Of a stretch of 64,000 nucleotides of DNA, positions 7,857 through 18,520 are shown one piece after another. The notes beneath the pieces are model-generated. The model saw only the letters and a program-made list of their open reading frames with translations. It had not been told where the DNA came from and ran no database searches. Numbering within the stretch: the stretch's first letter is position 1; each line of letters begins with the position of its first letter. Both the position numbers and the translations under genes were made by a program. The stretch lies in IMG/VR virus record IMGVR_UViG_3300013936_000024. The stretch is one strand, 5' to 3'. This DNA is from an uncultured virus (IMG/VR IMGVR_UViG_3300013936_000024). Taxonomy: Duplodnaviria > Heunggongvirae > Uroviricota > Caudoviricetes.

Positions 7857-10385
7857 ATGAAATTACCATCATATATATTAAGCTCGTTACAAAATTCAAA
7901 GACTTCGTTGGGGCAACACCCTTCATATCCACCGGACGAAGAAGACAGTTTTATTGTTAGTATCGTTAGTGATTATTTTGAAAATTTATCGAATAGCTTT
8001 GAATATGACAATGTCAATGAACTCAAGGGTAAATTATCATCATTAATTACTCAGGCAAAAAAGATCGAAAGTAATAATGTTGCTGCTTTGGAAAAACTGT
8101 GTGCCGACACTGTTAATGAGATATTTCAAATACCTGACAATACTATTAAAATATCGATGAAGCTTGTCGATAGTATTGATACTAAGGATGAACGATTGGT
8201 ACCTGAAAAAACGATTGATTATACTTTCGATGATATTGACGACATGAATCGATTGACTGACGAAGTATATAAACGAAGAATGCTGGATTCTTTGGTAACA
8301 GGTGCCGCTATTGTTAATTCTGAGGAAATGAGATACTATCTCCAAGGATTGTTTGAAATTAATGATGAATTGCCTTCACTTTATAAAAAAATATTCGAGT
8401 TAAATAATCTGTTATTGTATCTTGAAAAGGATACGATGAATAAGGATGATATTACTGACGCAGGTAAAGTCGATGTAAACATAATGTCACCTGATAATAT
8501 GGTCGAAATCAAAGCTGAAGGGGTATTAATGCCTGTACTGTTAGAAGAAACTATCAAAGGCATCCTTGAGCTTGCAGTATCCCACGGTTTGCCTAAAAAT
8601 TCCGATAAGGCACAATATGTCATCAGTAAATCGGATTTTAAATTAGCTGAGATGTGGGACGCAAGATTAGGCGTACCATTATGGTGTTTAATCATTAATG
8701 CCTTGGAAACACAAGGTATTGATATCGATAATATTGGGGCAAATTATTTACTAATGGAAATATCCAAGTTGCCTTCCGAGAAATTCAATTCGTTACTAAG
8801 AGAGGTATTCAAAGGTACTAAGAAAGGTAAAACTTCATTGGCGAGAATAGTTAATGAAATCAATAATATGAAGGAAGAAGAAGACTTCATAACTCATATG
8901 AACGATATGAATTCGGATTATTCAGAAATTAGTGATGATGAATGTTATACACCAGATGAATTAATAACTGATTCTGAATTGCCTATCGATGAGGCGAGCA
9001 AACCGTTAATTAGTCCTGAGGAAGCCGAAAAACAAGGTTTCGCTGTGCCTAAGGAACATATAACGTGGAAAGAAGGCGAATTTCAGATACCTAAGAAGAA
9101 AGAGATAGGTTATAAGGTATTTGCTTTAAAAAATGGTCAGTTGTATCCTCCTGTTGTTGCTAATCAAGATGGACAACCAACACCTATAGGTAAATGGCTA
9201 CCTTGTGATTGTCCTCCTATTGTAGGATATACGGCAGCAGAACATAGACCACAGGTGAAAACTGGCGGTAAAGGTACAGCAAGAAATTTAGGTAATTTAA
9301 GTTTCCGTCCCGGTTGGCACTTAGGAATGATACCATTTGCCAAACAATTCTGTTATAAGCTAAATAACAGCGAAACATTACTTGTAAATGGACAATATGT
9401 ATTTCCCGATGACTTTGTTTTTGCAGAATGTGAATACCAAGCTGATAATGATTTGAGTGATGAATGCTATAAGAATGGTTTGACTAAAGCTGGTAAATAT
9501 CAACATAGTAGGGCTGGTATTCCAAGGATACCTAAGAACGCATTTTATCGTTATAGGACAAATGTAGACCCGTCCACAGAGGATTGGATTATCACGGGTG
9601 CCGTAAAGATAAATAAAGTATTAACCAGAGATGAGGTAGATGCCATCAACGCTAAGAGTGGAATTAAGCCTCTAATTTATGCAAATAAGAAACAGGCCTT
9701 ACAACTTAAGAAACAAGTAATAGCGCAAAGGAAAAATAACGTTCAACCTCAACAGCAAATACCACAACGACAATCGTTCGAGGAAGGAAAAATATATTCA
9801 CCTTCAGTCATTCTCGAAGAAATAACACAAAATCAGTTAAGGAAAGCTGCCAATAGGAACGTTGTTAAACCTAACTCGGTAAAGATTGGAAATACTTCCA
9901 ATGGCGAAATGTCAACCGTCAAAATAAATAAAAAGTCACATGGAGGTAAAAGTCTATCACGAATTGTAATAAAAGGTTTTAATAACGGACGGTATGAAAG
10001 AGTGCGTATCATTAATGGTATGCAAGACAGACTTGTAAGACAATATAATAGTATAATTAAAAAATACTGTGACGATGGTTTCATCAGTATGAAAACCAAA
10101 GGCGATACAGTAATAGGGCATTCTTGTATGCTGTTATTCGGAACAAAGCAGCCGATAATCAAATGTCTGTTTATTGAGACCGATGACTTGTCGGTATGCG
10201 AACGTGATTTCGATTTGAACAACGTAAGACAAATCCTTGAGAAAAACAATGTTCCACCTTCATTCTATGGTTTACCTGATGAAGAAACTGAAGAAAATAA
10301 TGCGACCCCATCAGATAACTCACGAATGAGGGACAATTGGTCTTGGATTGAAAAAGGAAAACCAAGGACATACAAGACAAGATAA
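7857..10385 (+). CDS. Large multidomain hypothetical protein
   Basis: 842 aa: helical acidic N-terminal half, central GYKVF..GQLYPP..FRPGWH domain, basic C-terminal domain. Confidence 0.7.
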   Translation: MKLPSYILSSLQNSKTSLGQHPSYPPDEEDSFIVSIVSDYFENLSNSFEYDNVNELKGKLSSLITQAKKIESNNVAALEKLCADTVNEIFQIPDNTIKISMKLVDSIDTKDERLVPEKTIDYTFDDIDDMNRLTDEVYKRRMLDSLVTGAAIVNSEEMRYYLQGLFEINDELPSLYKKIFELNNLLLYLEKDTMNKDDITDAGKVDVNIMSPDNMVEIKAEGVLMPVLLEETIKGILELAVSHGLPKNSDKAQYVISKSDFKLAEMWDARLGVPLWCLIINALETQGIDIDNIGANYLLMEISKLPSEKFNSLLREVFKGTKKGKTSLARIVNEINNMKEEEDFITHMNDMNSDYSEISDDECYTPDELITDSELPIDEASKPLISPEEAEKQGFAVPKEHITWKEGEFQIPKKKEIGYKVFALKNGQLYPPVVANQDGQPTPIGKWLPCDCPPIVGYTAAEHRPQVKTGGKGTARNLGNLSFRPGWHLGMIPFAKQFCYKLNNSETLLVNGQYVFPDDFVFAECEYQADNDLSDECYKNGLTKAGKYQHSRAGIPRIPKNAFYRYRTNVDPSTEDWIITGAVKINKVLTRDEVDAINAKSGIKPLIYANKKQALQLKKQVIAQRKNNVQPQQQIPQRQSFEEGKIYSPSVILEEITQNQLRKAANRNVVKPNSVKIGNTSNGEMSTVKINKKSHGGKSLSRIVIKGFNNGRYERVRIINGMQDRLVRQYNSIIKKYCDDGFISMKTKGDTVIGHSCMLLFGTKQPIIKCLFIETDDLSVCERDFDLNNVRQILEKNNVPPSFYGLPDEETEENNATPSDNSRMRDNWSWIEKGKPRTYKTR

Positions 10386-10390
10386 AATAT

Positions 10391-10425
10391 AATAGGAAGT
10401 CAACAACAAGTCGGCTTCCTATTTT
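10391..10425. terminator. Bidirectional terminator between convergent genes
   Basis: AATAGGAAGTC...GGCTTCCTATTTT inverted repeat. Confidence 0.65.
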
Positions 10426-10430
10426 CGTTA

Positions 10431-11348
10431 TTAAAAAAATTCGCTTTCTGTTTCATATATCCCTCTTTGGTAACAGTCCATTTCAAAGTTTAATCTTACT
10501 CCGAATAAAAGTGATAAATTAAGATGAACGTGTTCGTTCATCTTAGAGGAAACAATTTCTTTATCATATAAAGAAATAACTTTCATCATTTTATTTTTAT
10601 ATCTTTTTTCGGCATTTTCCAGTCTACTGAATATTTGTTCGACACTTAAGCCGAAGACATCCTTCATATGTTTATCATCGAGATATTTCTCAATGTCGAC
10701 TACGTAGTCATAATATTTATCAAATGTATTATAAGGATTCCCTTCACCATTAGGAAATGTAGTTATTGCTATTTCAACTCCTATCTTATTTTGTTTAAGA
10801 TACGCATAATATTGATTAGCAAAGGCATCTATTTCAGTATTAAAAGTTAAATACAATGCATATGCAATGTTTCTATCGACATCATTCTTAGAATCGTTTA
10901 TTACATCTTTAATTTTATTATAAAGTTCTTCGTTTTTTGTTTGCCCATTGTAACATTGAAAAAAATGACTTAATTCGTGTTGAATCATTCCATCGAATTC
11001 TTTTGGTATCTTGTCATTTACTATTGCGAATCGATAATAGATAATTTTTTTCTCATAATCTGTTTCACTTGACAATCTCTTTTGATTATATCGGTAAAAG
11101 TCTTTATATTCGGTTTCGTTATCAAAATAATAGGCAATATATGTTACGATAAATGAATCCAATTTCATAATGTCTCTTGGTTTATAAACGAAACTGCCTT
11201 TTTTTATAAGACAATTTCCTTCTTTTGACATATATTTAGGTGAATACTGAAGCTTTCTTAATAGCAAATCCCTAATTTCTTGGGACATAAACCTTACTTT
11301 TGTTGAAATGGAACTTTCTTCATTTAATTTTAGTCTTTCTCTTGCCAT
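10431..11348 (-). CDS. Zincin-like metallopeptidase-domain protein
   Basis: IQHELSHFFQ (HExxH) followed by TEIDAF. Confidence 0.6.
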   Translation of the reverse strand: MARERLKLNEESSISTKVRFMSQEIRDLLLRKLQYSPKYMSKEGNCLIKKGSFVYKPRDIMKLDSFIVTYIAYYFDNETEYKDFYRYNQKRLSSETDYEKKIIYYRFAIVNDKIPKEFDGMIQHELSHFFQCYNGQTKNEELYNKIKDVINDSKNDVDRNIAYALYLTFNTEIDAFANQYYAYLKQNKIGVEIAITTFPNGEGNPYNTFDKYYDYVVDIEKYLDDKHMKDVFGLSVEQIFSRLENAEKRYKNKMMKVISLYDKEIVSSKMNEHVHLNLSLLFGVRLNFEMDCYQRGIYETESEFF

Positions 11349-12084
11349 ATTTTATATTTTTAATTAAATTATTTATATTAGTATATAATTTATAGTAGCT
11401 AAAATCAATAGGTATGTATTTTCCTTCAAATGTGATATAATAAATTGAAATACTATGTGCTTTACATTTTTCCAATTTCGTTAAATCAGACTTGAGAGTC
11501 TCATCGTGATTGAATAATGAATATTCACAAAAGTGTTGTCTGCCTTGATATTCAATTGCAACATTATATTGAGGAAGATAGAAATCCAAACTTTGCCTAC
11601 CTAACCAATCAAATCTCTTTTGATACTCCACTTTGTTAAATTCTTTCTCAAGAATTGATTTTAACCTTAATTCTGAATAATTCTTTTTATTTCCACACAT
11701 AGGACATCCGTGACCATATTTTAATTTATGCCAAGAAGTAATAAATTCCCCGTGGGTTGGACATATTACAGTCGATTTTGCATCATATCCATTGTATTCA
11801 AAATTTCGGTAATCATAATTAAAAGAATATTTTGCATTGTTTTCAGACAACATATCATAATTAAACTTCGTATTCTTTTTATTTCTCTTTATTTTTGCGC
11901 ACTCAGGACATCCTGATTTTTGATGAATATGAGCATCGAATGACTGCAAGAAATCTCCATGTATAGGGCACGTTATGCAACTCGGTGTATGGGTATTCAC
12001 TAATACGTAATTGTCATATTTGTATTTATTACAATGTATTGCGTTAGCCTTCTTTATTAATTCCTCTATGGTTTTCTTTTTCAT
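11320..12084 (-). CDS. Homing-type endonuclease (Zn-ribbon repeats + Vsr/PD-(D/E)xK-like domain)
   Basis: CPIHGDF..GCPEC and CPTHGEF..GCPMC; LDFYLPQYNVAIEYQGRQHF. Start moved to ATG 12084, which avoids the terL overlap and follows a TATATTTG promoter element at 12110-12117. Confidence 0.75.
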   Translation of the reverse strand: MKKKTIEELIKKANAIHCNKYKYDNYVLVNTHTPSCITCPIHGDFLQSFDAHIHQKSGCPECAKIKRNKKNTKFNYDMLSENNAKYSFNYDYRNFEYNGYDAKSTVICPTHGEFITSWHKLKYGHGCPMCGNKKNYSELRLKSILEKEFNKVEYQKRFDWLGRQSLDFYLPQYNVAIEYQGRQHFCEYSLFNHDETLKSDLTKLEKCKAHSISIYYITFEGKYIPIDFSYYKLYTNINNLIKNIKYGKRKTKIK

Positions 12085-12127
12085 TACCTTAATATTTATA
12101 ATATTAATACAAATATACTGAAAGTTT

Positions 12128-14005
12128 ATGAGTTTTAAAGAAGAATATATAAGATGTCTTAAAGACAAGACAAGAAAATATTTTATTGAGCATTATTTAT
12201 CGACTTTCAATGCTGATGAAAGGAAGGAAGTACCATTCAGACTTTTTCCACGGCAGATAGAATTTTTACATTCATTATGCACAAATTCAAACACAATTGC
12301 TATCAAACACAGACAGGCGGGTATTACTACCGTATCTAGTGCATGGATAACGGGTCAATGTGTATTCGCAAGTTCGAAGTCGCCAGAAACCGTCTTGTGT
12401 ATTGGTAATAAACTTGACATTTCACAACAATTGGTCGAAAAAATAGGTAACTTCCTTGACCAAGTTCCAAGATGGATGTGGGGTAATGATTATTATTCAC
12501 CTGATCCTAAGAGTGAGAAAAACACCAAATCTATATATAAGGCAAGGAATAAATCGTATATCGAATTGTTTAATGGCTGTAAGGTTTATGCAAGATCATC
12601 AGGCACTAACGCCGCTCGTGGTATTTCCGCCGTTTCAATTCTTATTTTTGATGAGGCTGCGTTCATCCAAGACGGTACTACTGTTTATGCACAGGCTGTT
12701 GCTGCCACTGCATCAGTAAAAGATGCCAAAATTATTATGGTATCGACCCCAAATGGTAAGGACGCCCTTTACTACAAAACATACGTGAACGCATTGGACA
12801 AAAGGAATAACTTTAATCCTGTAGAGTTCAAATGGTTCCAAGATTTACGTTACAATAGAAATTTGAAATGGCATAGACTTAATAAGGAGAATGGTCATAA
12901 CGATGAGATAGTCGAAACCGTAATTGGTAATAGAGGAGAAATTGAATATAACGAGGAGAGATGGCGTAAATTGGAAAGGGAAGGATGGATACCTACTTCA
13001 CCTTGGTATGTTTCAATGTGTAAATCATTCAATAATGACAGTCAAAAGATAGCACAAGAGTTGAACGTGTCATTCCTTGGTTCTTCTGATAACGTGGTAC
13101 CAGTTGAAGTGATCGAAAGGCAGATGAAAAGTAATGTAGTGCAAATTACTGATGATTGGAAATTGATGGATACCTTGGTAAAGGAAACTTGGATATGGAA
13201 AGATCCAATACCGATGCATCGTTATATATGTGCTTGTGACCCTTCTTCTGGTTCTGGTGAAGATTCAACCGCAATACAAATAATTGATATAGATGGAGTT
13301 GATGAAGACGGAATGCCTTGCTTTGAACAAGTTCTCGAATATAATGGAAAAATAAATGGTAATGAGGTGGGTCAATTGGTCGATAGGTATGCTCGTATAT
13401 ATAATGATGCACTGACAGTTGTCGAATGTATTGGTGGTTACGGGGACTCAGTTGTTCTTACCTTGATGGATTTAGGTTATCCAAATTTATATTACGATAA
13501 TCCCCAGATGAAAAACTATACCAATCAGAATTTAGTAAAAGTACAAAACGTGTTTGACCAGCAGAAACAATTACCTGGTTTTAGAACCAGTGCATTACGA
13601 TTACAAATGATTGCGAATTTCGTCGATATGTTGAAATCTAATGCCTTCAAGGTTCGTTCACAGAGGGTAATAAATGAATTGGACACTTGGATATTCAAAA
13701 ATGGAAGACCGGATCATATGGATGGCGCACATGATGACCTATTGACTTGCCTTGCAATGGGTTTGTTTGTTATGCAATTCTATATGTTGAAATCTGAAAA
13801 ACAAAAAACAAAGGATAAATGTATCGTGAAGTCTTGGTATGTCAATAATGCGAATAATACGACCCCATCGACAAGGCAATTGAAAGAGGAAGAAAATATT
13901 AACAAATACAATAAAAGATTTGATCCTTTTATGTTCGACAGTAAAAAACAAGAGAGAATGAGAATGGCTGCGTGTATAATGTTGGGCGGATTTAAAGTAA
14001 AATAA
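12128..14005 (+). CDS. terL: Terminase large subunit (T4 gp17-like)
   Basis: LFPRQ Q-motif, KHRQAGITT Walker A variant, LIFDEAAF Walker B, STPNG, ACDPSSG nuclease, HDDLL. Confidence 0.93.
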   Translation: MSFKEEYIRCLKDKTRKYFIEHYLSTFNADERKEVPFRLFPRQIEFLHSLCTNSNTIAIKHRQAGITTVSSAWITGQCVFASSKSPETVLCIGNKLDISQQLVEKIGNFLDQVPRWMWGNDYYSPDPKSEKNTKSIYKARNKSYIELFNGCKVYARSSGTNAARGISAVSILIFDEAAFIQDGTTVYAQAVAATASVKDAKIIMVSTPNGKDALYYKTYVNALDKRNNFNPVEFKWFQDLRYNRNLKWHRLNKENGHNDEIVETVIGNRGEIEYNEERWRKLEREGWIPTSPWYVSMCKSFNNDSQKIAQELNVSFLGSSDNVVPVEVIERQMKSNVVQITDDWKLMDTLVKETWIWKDPIPMHRYICACDPSSGSGEDSTAIQIIDIDGVDEDGMPCFEQVLEYNGKINGNEVGQLVDRYARIYNDALTVVECIGGYGDSVVLTLMDLGYPNLYYDNPQMKNYTNQNLVKVQNVFDQQKQLPGFRTSALRLQMIANFVDMLKSNAFKVRSQRVINELDTWIFKNGRPDHMDGAHDDLLTCLAMGLFVMQFYMLKSEKQKTKDKCIVKSWYVNNANNTTPSTRQLKEEENINKYNKRFDPFMFDSKKQERMRMAACIMLGGFKVK

Positions 14006-14066
14006 TACCTTGATTAAACAGAGAAGATACCTTATATTTATTGTATAAGGTATTTTTTATTTTTAT

Positions 14067-16154
14067 ATGTCAAAGGAAAAAACTGTATTTCAAAGGTTAC
14101 AACAAGTGCTAACCGGCGCATCGGTTTCACCATCGTTGTCAACTAGCAATACATATAATATACATAGTGACAATAATGTCATTGATACTGCGACAAGTAA
14201 ATCTGATTACCAGATGAAATTGTTGCAAGCCAAACAACAGAAATTACTTGGAAGACAATGGGTGAAAGCACATTATGATATTACGAATCAATCATTATCA
14301 GGTTTAAATGAGCTAAAATTAAGTTATAGGGATTCAGATCTTATGGATGCTTTTCCTGAGATTGGTGCTGCTCTTGATGCCTATGCGGAAGAGAGCTGTA
14401 CTGCAAATGATAAAGGTTTTATTGTTAATGTATTTTCCAAGTCAGAACGTATTAAGTCAATTCTACAAGATTTATTTACCAATAGGTTAAACATTAATAT
14501 TATATTACCAATGATTTGCCGTTCAATGTGCAAATACGGTAATACCTTCATGTTATTAAATGTCGACCAATCAAAGGGCGTATTGGGATGGAAACAATTA
14601 CCTGTCTATGAAATCGAAAGATATGAGAATGGAATGGATTGCCCTTATGCATCATCGACCGTGGGATATAATCTTAATAATGTAAATGAGAAAAATATTG
14701 ATAAGACTAAATTTGTATGGGTTGGCCAATCCGAATATATTCCGTATAGGGAATTCCAAATTGCACACTTCCGATTATTGTATGATTCGCAATTTTTGCC
14801 TTATGGTGTTTCAATATTAAATAAGGCAAGAAGGCATTTCAGGATGCTTAGCATGATGGAGGATATGATGCTTGTCTATCGCTTGGACCGGTCAGTGGAG
14901 AGACGTGTGTTTAAAATCAATGTCGGTGCAATTGATGAGGCCGATGTTCCCGCTTATGTACAACAGATTGCAGATAATTTCAAGAGAACACCTATTATCG
15001 ACCCTATGACCGGACAGATTGATTTAAGGAAAAACGTAATGAATAATCTAGAAGATTTCTTTATTCCTGTAAGAGATGACAGCGCACCAAATCCTATTGA
15101 GACTCTTTCGGCAGGTCAAAACTTAACTGCAATGGATGATATTAAGTATATTCAAAACAAGGTATTGACAGCTTTAAGAATTCCTAAGTCTTTCCTTAAC
15201 TTTGATGATGCACAAGGTGATGGTAAAAATCTATCGTTATTGGATGTGAGATTCACTAGAACAGTTAATAGAGTACAGCAAGCGTTAATAATGGAATTAA
15301 ATAAAATAGCCATTATTCATCTTTGTCTGTTAGGCTTCTTTGATGAATTGAATAACTTCACTCTGACAATGAATAATCCTTCTTCACAAGCCGAGATGTT
15401 GGAAATAGAGAACGTCGCAAAGCGTATTACCACGGCGAAAGATGCAGTTTCTGACCCTGGTGGAGGTATACCTTTGACCTCTATGACGTGGGCTTGGAAA
15501 AACATAATGAAATGGTCTGATAAGGAAATTCAGAGGAATCTTGAAGAAATACGTCTTGAAACGGCATTGGCGGCGGAGTTACAGAAAACGACACAAATTA
15601 TTAAAAAAACTGGCTTGTTTGATCCTGTCGATAATATCTATGGTGAGCCTGGTGCCGAATATCAGGATACTCTTGACGCTAATGGCGAAGAAGGAGGTGC
15701 TGCCCCTGGTGGTGGAGGTGGTGGTATGCCTATCGGAACAGGCGATATGAGTTTCGGCGATGATATGTCTGATGATGGAATGGAAACTGGTGAAGAGGGT
15801 GAAATGTCAATGGAAGATACTGCCAATGAAGACAATGGTGCGCCTAATGAAGGTGGCGGAGAAGCTAATGATCAATCCGATGCAGGCACAATGCCTAATT
15901 TGGGCGAAATGATATTACATGGGATGAAGTCTAAAATCGAGGAAAAGAAAAGGGCGATTAATCATAATGCCTTGAAACGTTCCGAGAATTACAGTCATTT
16001 CTTAATTAATCGTCTCGTCGAAGTCGCATCAACCCATAAAGAAAAGAAAAATGATGACATTAACGACATTTATCTTAAGAATTTATCATTGAATGAGGAA
16101 CTTGAAGAGATTTCAAAAGATTTGAAAAATTTCGATGACAAAGGCAAGAAATAA
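14067..16154 (+). CDS. Portal protein (T4 gp20-like)
   Basis: Follows terL; MEDMMLVYRLDRSVERRVFKINVG, LEDFFIPVR, IETLSAGQNL, DDIKYIQNK. Confidence 0.93.
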   Translation: MSKEKTVFQRLQQVLTGASVSPSLSTSNTYNIHSDNNVIDTATSKSDYQMKLLQAKQQKLLGRQWVKAHYDITNQSLSGLNELKLSYRDSDLMDAFPEIGAALDAYAEESCTANDKGFIVNVFSKSERIKSILQDLFTNRLNINIILPMICRSMCKYGNTFMLLNVDQSKGVLGWKQLPVYEIERYENGMDCPYASSTVGYNLNNVNEKNIDKTKFVWVGQSEYIPYREFQIAHFRLLYDSQFLPYGVSILNKARRHFRMLSMMEDMMLVYRLDRSVERRVFKINVGAIDEADVPAYVQQIADNFKRTPIIDPMTGQIDLRKNVMNNLEDFFIPVRDDSAPNPIETLSAGQNLTAMDDIKYIQNKVLTALRIPKSFLNFDDAQGDGKNLSLLDVRFTRTVNRVQQALIMELNKIAIIHLCLLGFFDELNNFTLTMNNPSSQAEMLEIENVAKRITTAKDAVSDPGGGIPLTSMTWAWKNIMKWSDKEIQRNLEEIRLETALAAELQKTTQIIKKTGLFDPVDNIYGEPGAEYQDTLDANGEEGGAAPGGGGGGMPIGTGDMSFGDDMSDDGMETGEEGEMSMEDTANEDNGAPNEGGGEANDQSDAGTMPNLGEMILHGMKSKIEEKKRAINHNALKRSENYSHFLINRLVEVASTHKEKKNDDINDIYLKNLSLNEELEEISKDLKNFDDKGKK

Positions 16155-16186
16155 CAGACTATTTATAATAATAAAAAGTTAAACAA

Positions 16187-17122
16187 ATGGATAAGTTAGA
16201 TAAATTATATAATGAAGGCAAATCCTTGATGGAACAAGCCATTGAATGCTACTCCAAGAATAAGATAAACGAGGGCGAAGACTATCGTAAGAGAGCCAAT
16301 GATGTATATAACAAAGCAAACACCTTATATTGCATTGAAAACACTGATAGGGATAAATTATATGGCAAGAACCGCAACTTCGGAATATGTTATCACATCT
16401 TTGAAGATAGTCTTCTAAAGAATATGAAAACCCGTGTCGGCAAAAAATTTATCAACGAGGTAAGTAATTTAATCAAAAATGATAAAGTCTTGAAAGAACA
16501 ATTTGACGTATACAACAGCATATGTAATAAAAAGAATGTAAGTAATCCGGAAAAGTATGTTGATGGTATCATCGAATGTATTTCAGATGTTAATACTAAT
16601 AAAAAAGCAATTAAAAAGGCAAACGACAAGTTGATAGATTTAGTCGAAACAAATTCCAATGTTAATAAACTGTTGGATATCGATGAAGACACTATTAAAT
16701 TGTATGAAGAGATTGAATTTATTTTGACTAATAAGAAGACATTCAATAACGTTGATGAATTCAACAAGGTAAAGGATAATCTGATTGAAAATTTTGAAAG
16801 GAAAGGTAAGAGTAACGTTAATAACATTGAAGAGAATTACGAACAGACATTGTCTGAGATTACAGAAAAATATGATAAACTGACTGATGATGAGGTTAAG
16901 TTGGTCGAAAGTATTGTTTCATCCAAGACTGATAAATCTGCCTTGTTCGAGGATTATAAAACTGAAACCATTAATAGTATCGATGAGGCAATTACCAATG
17001 CTTCGGAGGAAGACAAGGAACAGTGGCAAAACATCAAAACTACTTTAAACGAGAAAAGATATAATGAGAAAACATTAATTGACGATATATTAAATTTCAT
17101 CAAAATCCAAGAAACATTATAA
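16187..17122 (+). CDS. Hypothetical helical protein in the head module (possible prohead core)
   Basis: 311 aa ORF between portal and protease; TATTTAT upstream. Confidence 0.6.
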   Translation: MDKLDKLYNEGKSLMEQAIECYSKNKINEGEDYRKRANDVYNKANTLYCIENTDRDKLYGKNRNFGICYHIFEDSLLKNMKTRVGKKFINEVSNLIKNDKVLKEQFDVYNSICNKKNVSNPEKYVDGIIECISDVNTNKKAIKKANDKLIDLVETNSNVNKLLDIDEDTIKLYEEIEFILTNKKTFNNVDEFNKVKDNLIENFERKGKSNVNNIEENYEQTLSEITEKYDKLTDDEVKLVESIVSSKTDKSALFEDYKTETINSIDEAITNASEEDKEQWQNIKTTLNEKRYNEKTLIDDILNFIKIQETL

Positions 17123-17134
17123 TTATAAATGTAG

Positions 17135-17174
17135 TCTGAAGTGATTATTATAATTGCTTCAGATTTTTTTTTTT
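17135..17174 (+). terminator. Intrinsic terminator
   Basis: TCTGAAGTGATT...AATTGCTTCAGA followed by a T run. Confidence 0.65.
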
Positions 17175-17238
17175 ATTTATACTATTAATTTTGTTAAAAT
17201 AAATAATATATTTGTACCATATTATGTTAACGTAATAA

Positions 17239-17667
17239 ATGAATAATAGAGTCGAGTATCAAAATATTGGTAAACAAAATGGAATAAATGTAACGTTCGG
17301 CACGGTATTGGAAGACGAAAATCCCAAAGTTTTAATTATCAGATGCAAAGGAAGAATAAAACCTTTAATAAAAAAGACAACTTATGAAAATGACATTAAT
17401 TCATTGAAGGATGACATTATCAGCATAATAAGGTCAAGAGTACGCAATTCGACTGAATTTTCAGATGAATGTCTTGCTAATACTGATATAAGTTCAAAGT
17501 CTATTAAATACGGAAAATATAGTTTCATTAAATATGATGTTTACGTGAAGCCTTATAATTCAAGAGGTGTTTCATCTCATAACGAAAGTGTCTCTAATTT
17601 AACGAATGAAATAAATCTTTCAATATCAGAAAGATTAGGCACTGATTTTAGGTTAAAAATGGATTAA
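17239..17667 (+). CDS. Hypothetical protein
   Basis: 142 aa ORF preceded by host-type TATATTTG at 17207-17214. Confidence 0.6.
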   Translation: MNNRVEYQNIGKQNGINVTFGTVLEDENPKVLIIRCKGRIKPLIKKTTYENDINSLKDDIISIIRSRVRNSTEFSDECLANTDISSKSIKYGKYSFIKYDVYVKPYNSRGVSSHNESVSNLTNEINLSISERLGTDFRLKMD

Positions 17668-17711
17668 TATAAATATTTATTTTATAGATTAGTTCAGATG
17701 CTATAAAATAA

Positions 17712-18437
17712 ATGAATAGTGAACAATATACATCTCAATTGACCGAAATTAAGAAAGGGCAAACAGGTACTGGTTTGCTCATTGAGAATGACGGTCATAT
17801 TATAACAGAACAAGATTCAATTAAACAAATACGTGAAGACATTGAGTCTGGACATAAATTCGTTTGTCCAGACCACTTTGTCGTATCCGCAGTTTTCCAA
17901 AAGTTCGGTATTCCTAACGCAAACAATCGTATTTATCCTGAAGCAATATTAAAACGTGAAGTCGACAAATACATAAATGACAGAGTGAATAAACGTTGCG
18001 CAATAGGAAGTCTTGACCATCCAAGCAGCTCAAGTTTATCAGGACATGACGTATCACATAACATATTGGAATTGCATTGGGATAATCATACTTTGGTAGG
18101 CACAATGGAACTCCATTTATCTCCTGGTTATAAACAATATGGTATTTGTTCTACAAGTGGTGATATGGTGGCAAATATGCTTTTATCTGGTTATCTAATA
18201 GGAGTATCGTCACGAGGTGTAGGTTCCGTGAAACAAATACCAGGTGGAAAAGTCGTCGTAGATGATGACTTTGAATTAATATGTTGGGACGTGGTAATGG
18301 AACCAAGTACACCTAATGCGTGGATAAGGCAAAGTGAAGAAGAATTGCAGCCATTCGTTGAGGATGATAAAACCAAGGAAAAGAAGCCTATAATTAATGA
18401 AAAAATAAATAAAATAAATCAAATACTCGGTATTTGA
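17712..18437 (+). CDS. Prohead maturation protease (T4 gp21-like)
   Basis: NANNRIYPEAIL, GSLDHP, VSH, GVSSRGVGS, WDVVMEPSTPNA. Confidence 0.92.
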   Translation: MNSEQYTSQLTEIKKGQTGTGLLIENDGHIITEQDSIKQIREDIESGHKFVCPDHFVVSAVFQKFGIPNANNRIYPEAILKREVDKYINDRVNKRCAIGSLDHPSSSSLSGHDVSHNILELHWDNHTLVGTMELHLSPGYKQYGICSTSGDMVANMLLSGYLIGVSSRGVGSVKQIPGGKVVVDDDFELICWDVVMEPSTPNAWIRQSEEELQPFVEDDKTKEKKPIINEKINKINQILGI

Positions 18438-18520
18438 TAAAAACTTTCAGTACTGATAAGATACTTAAATATTTTTGATTATTGGTACATATTTATAATT
18501 AAATATAAAATTATTTTGTA

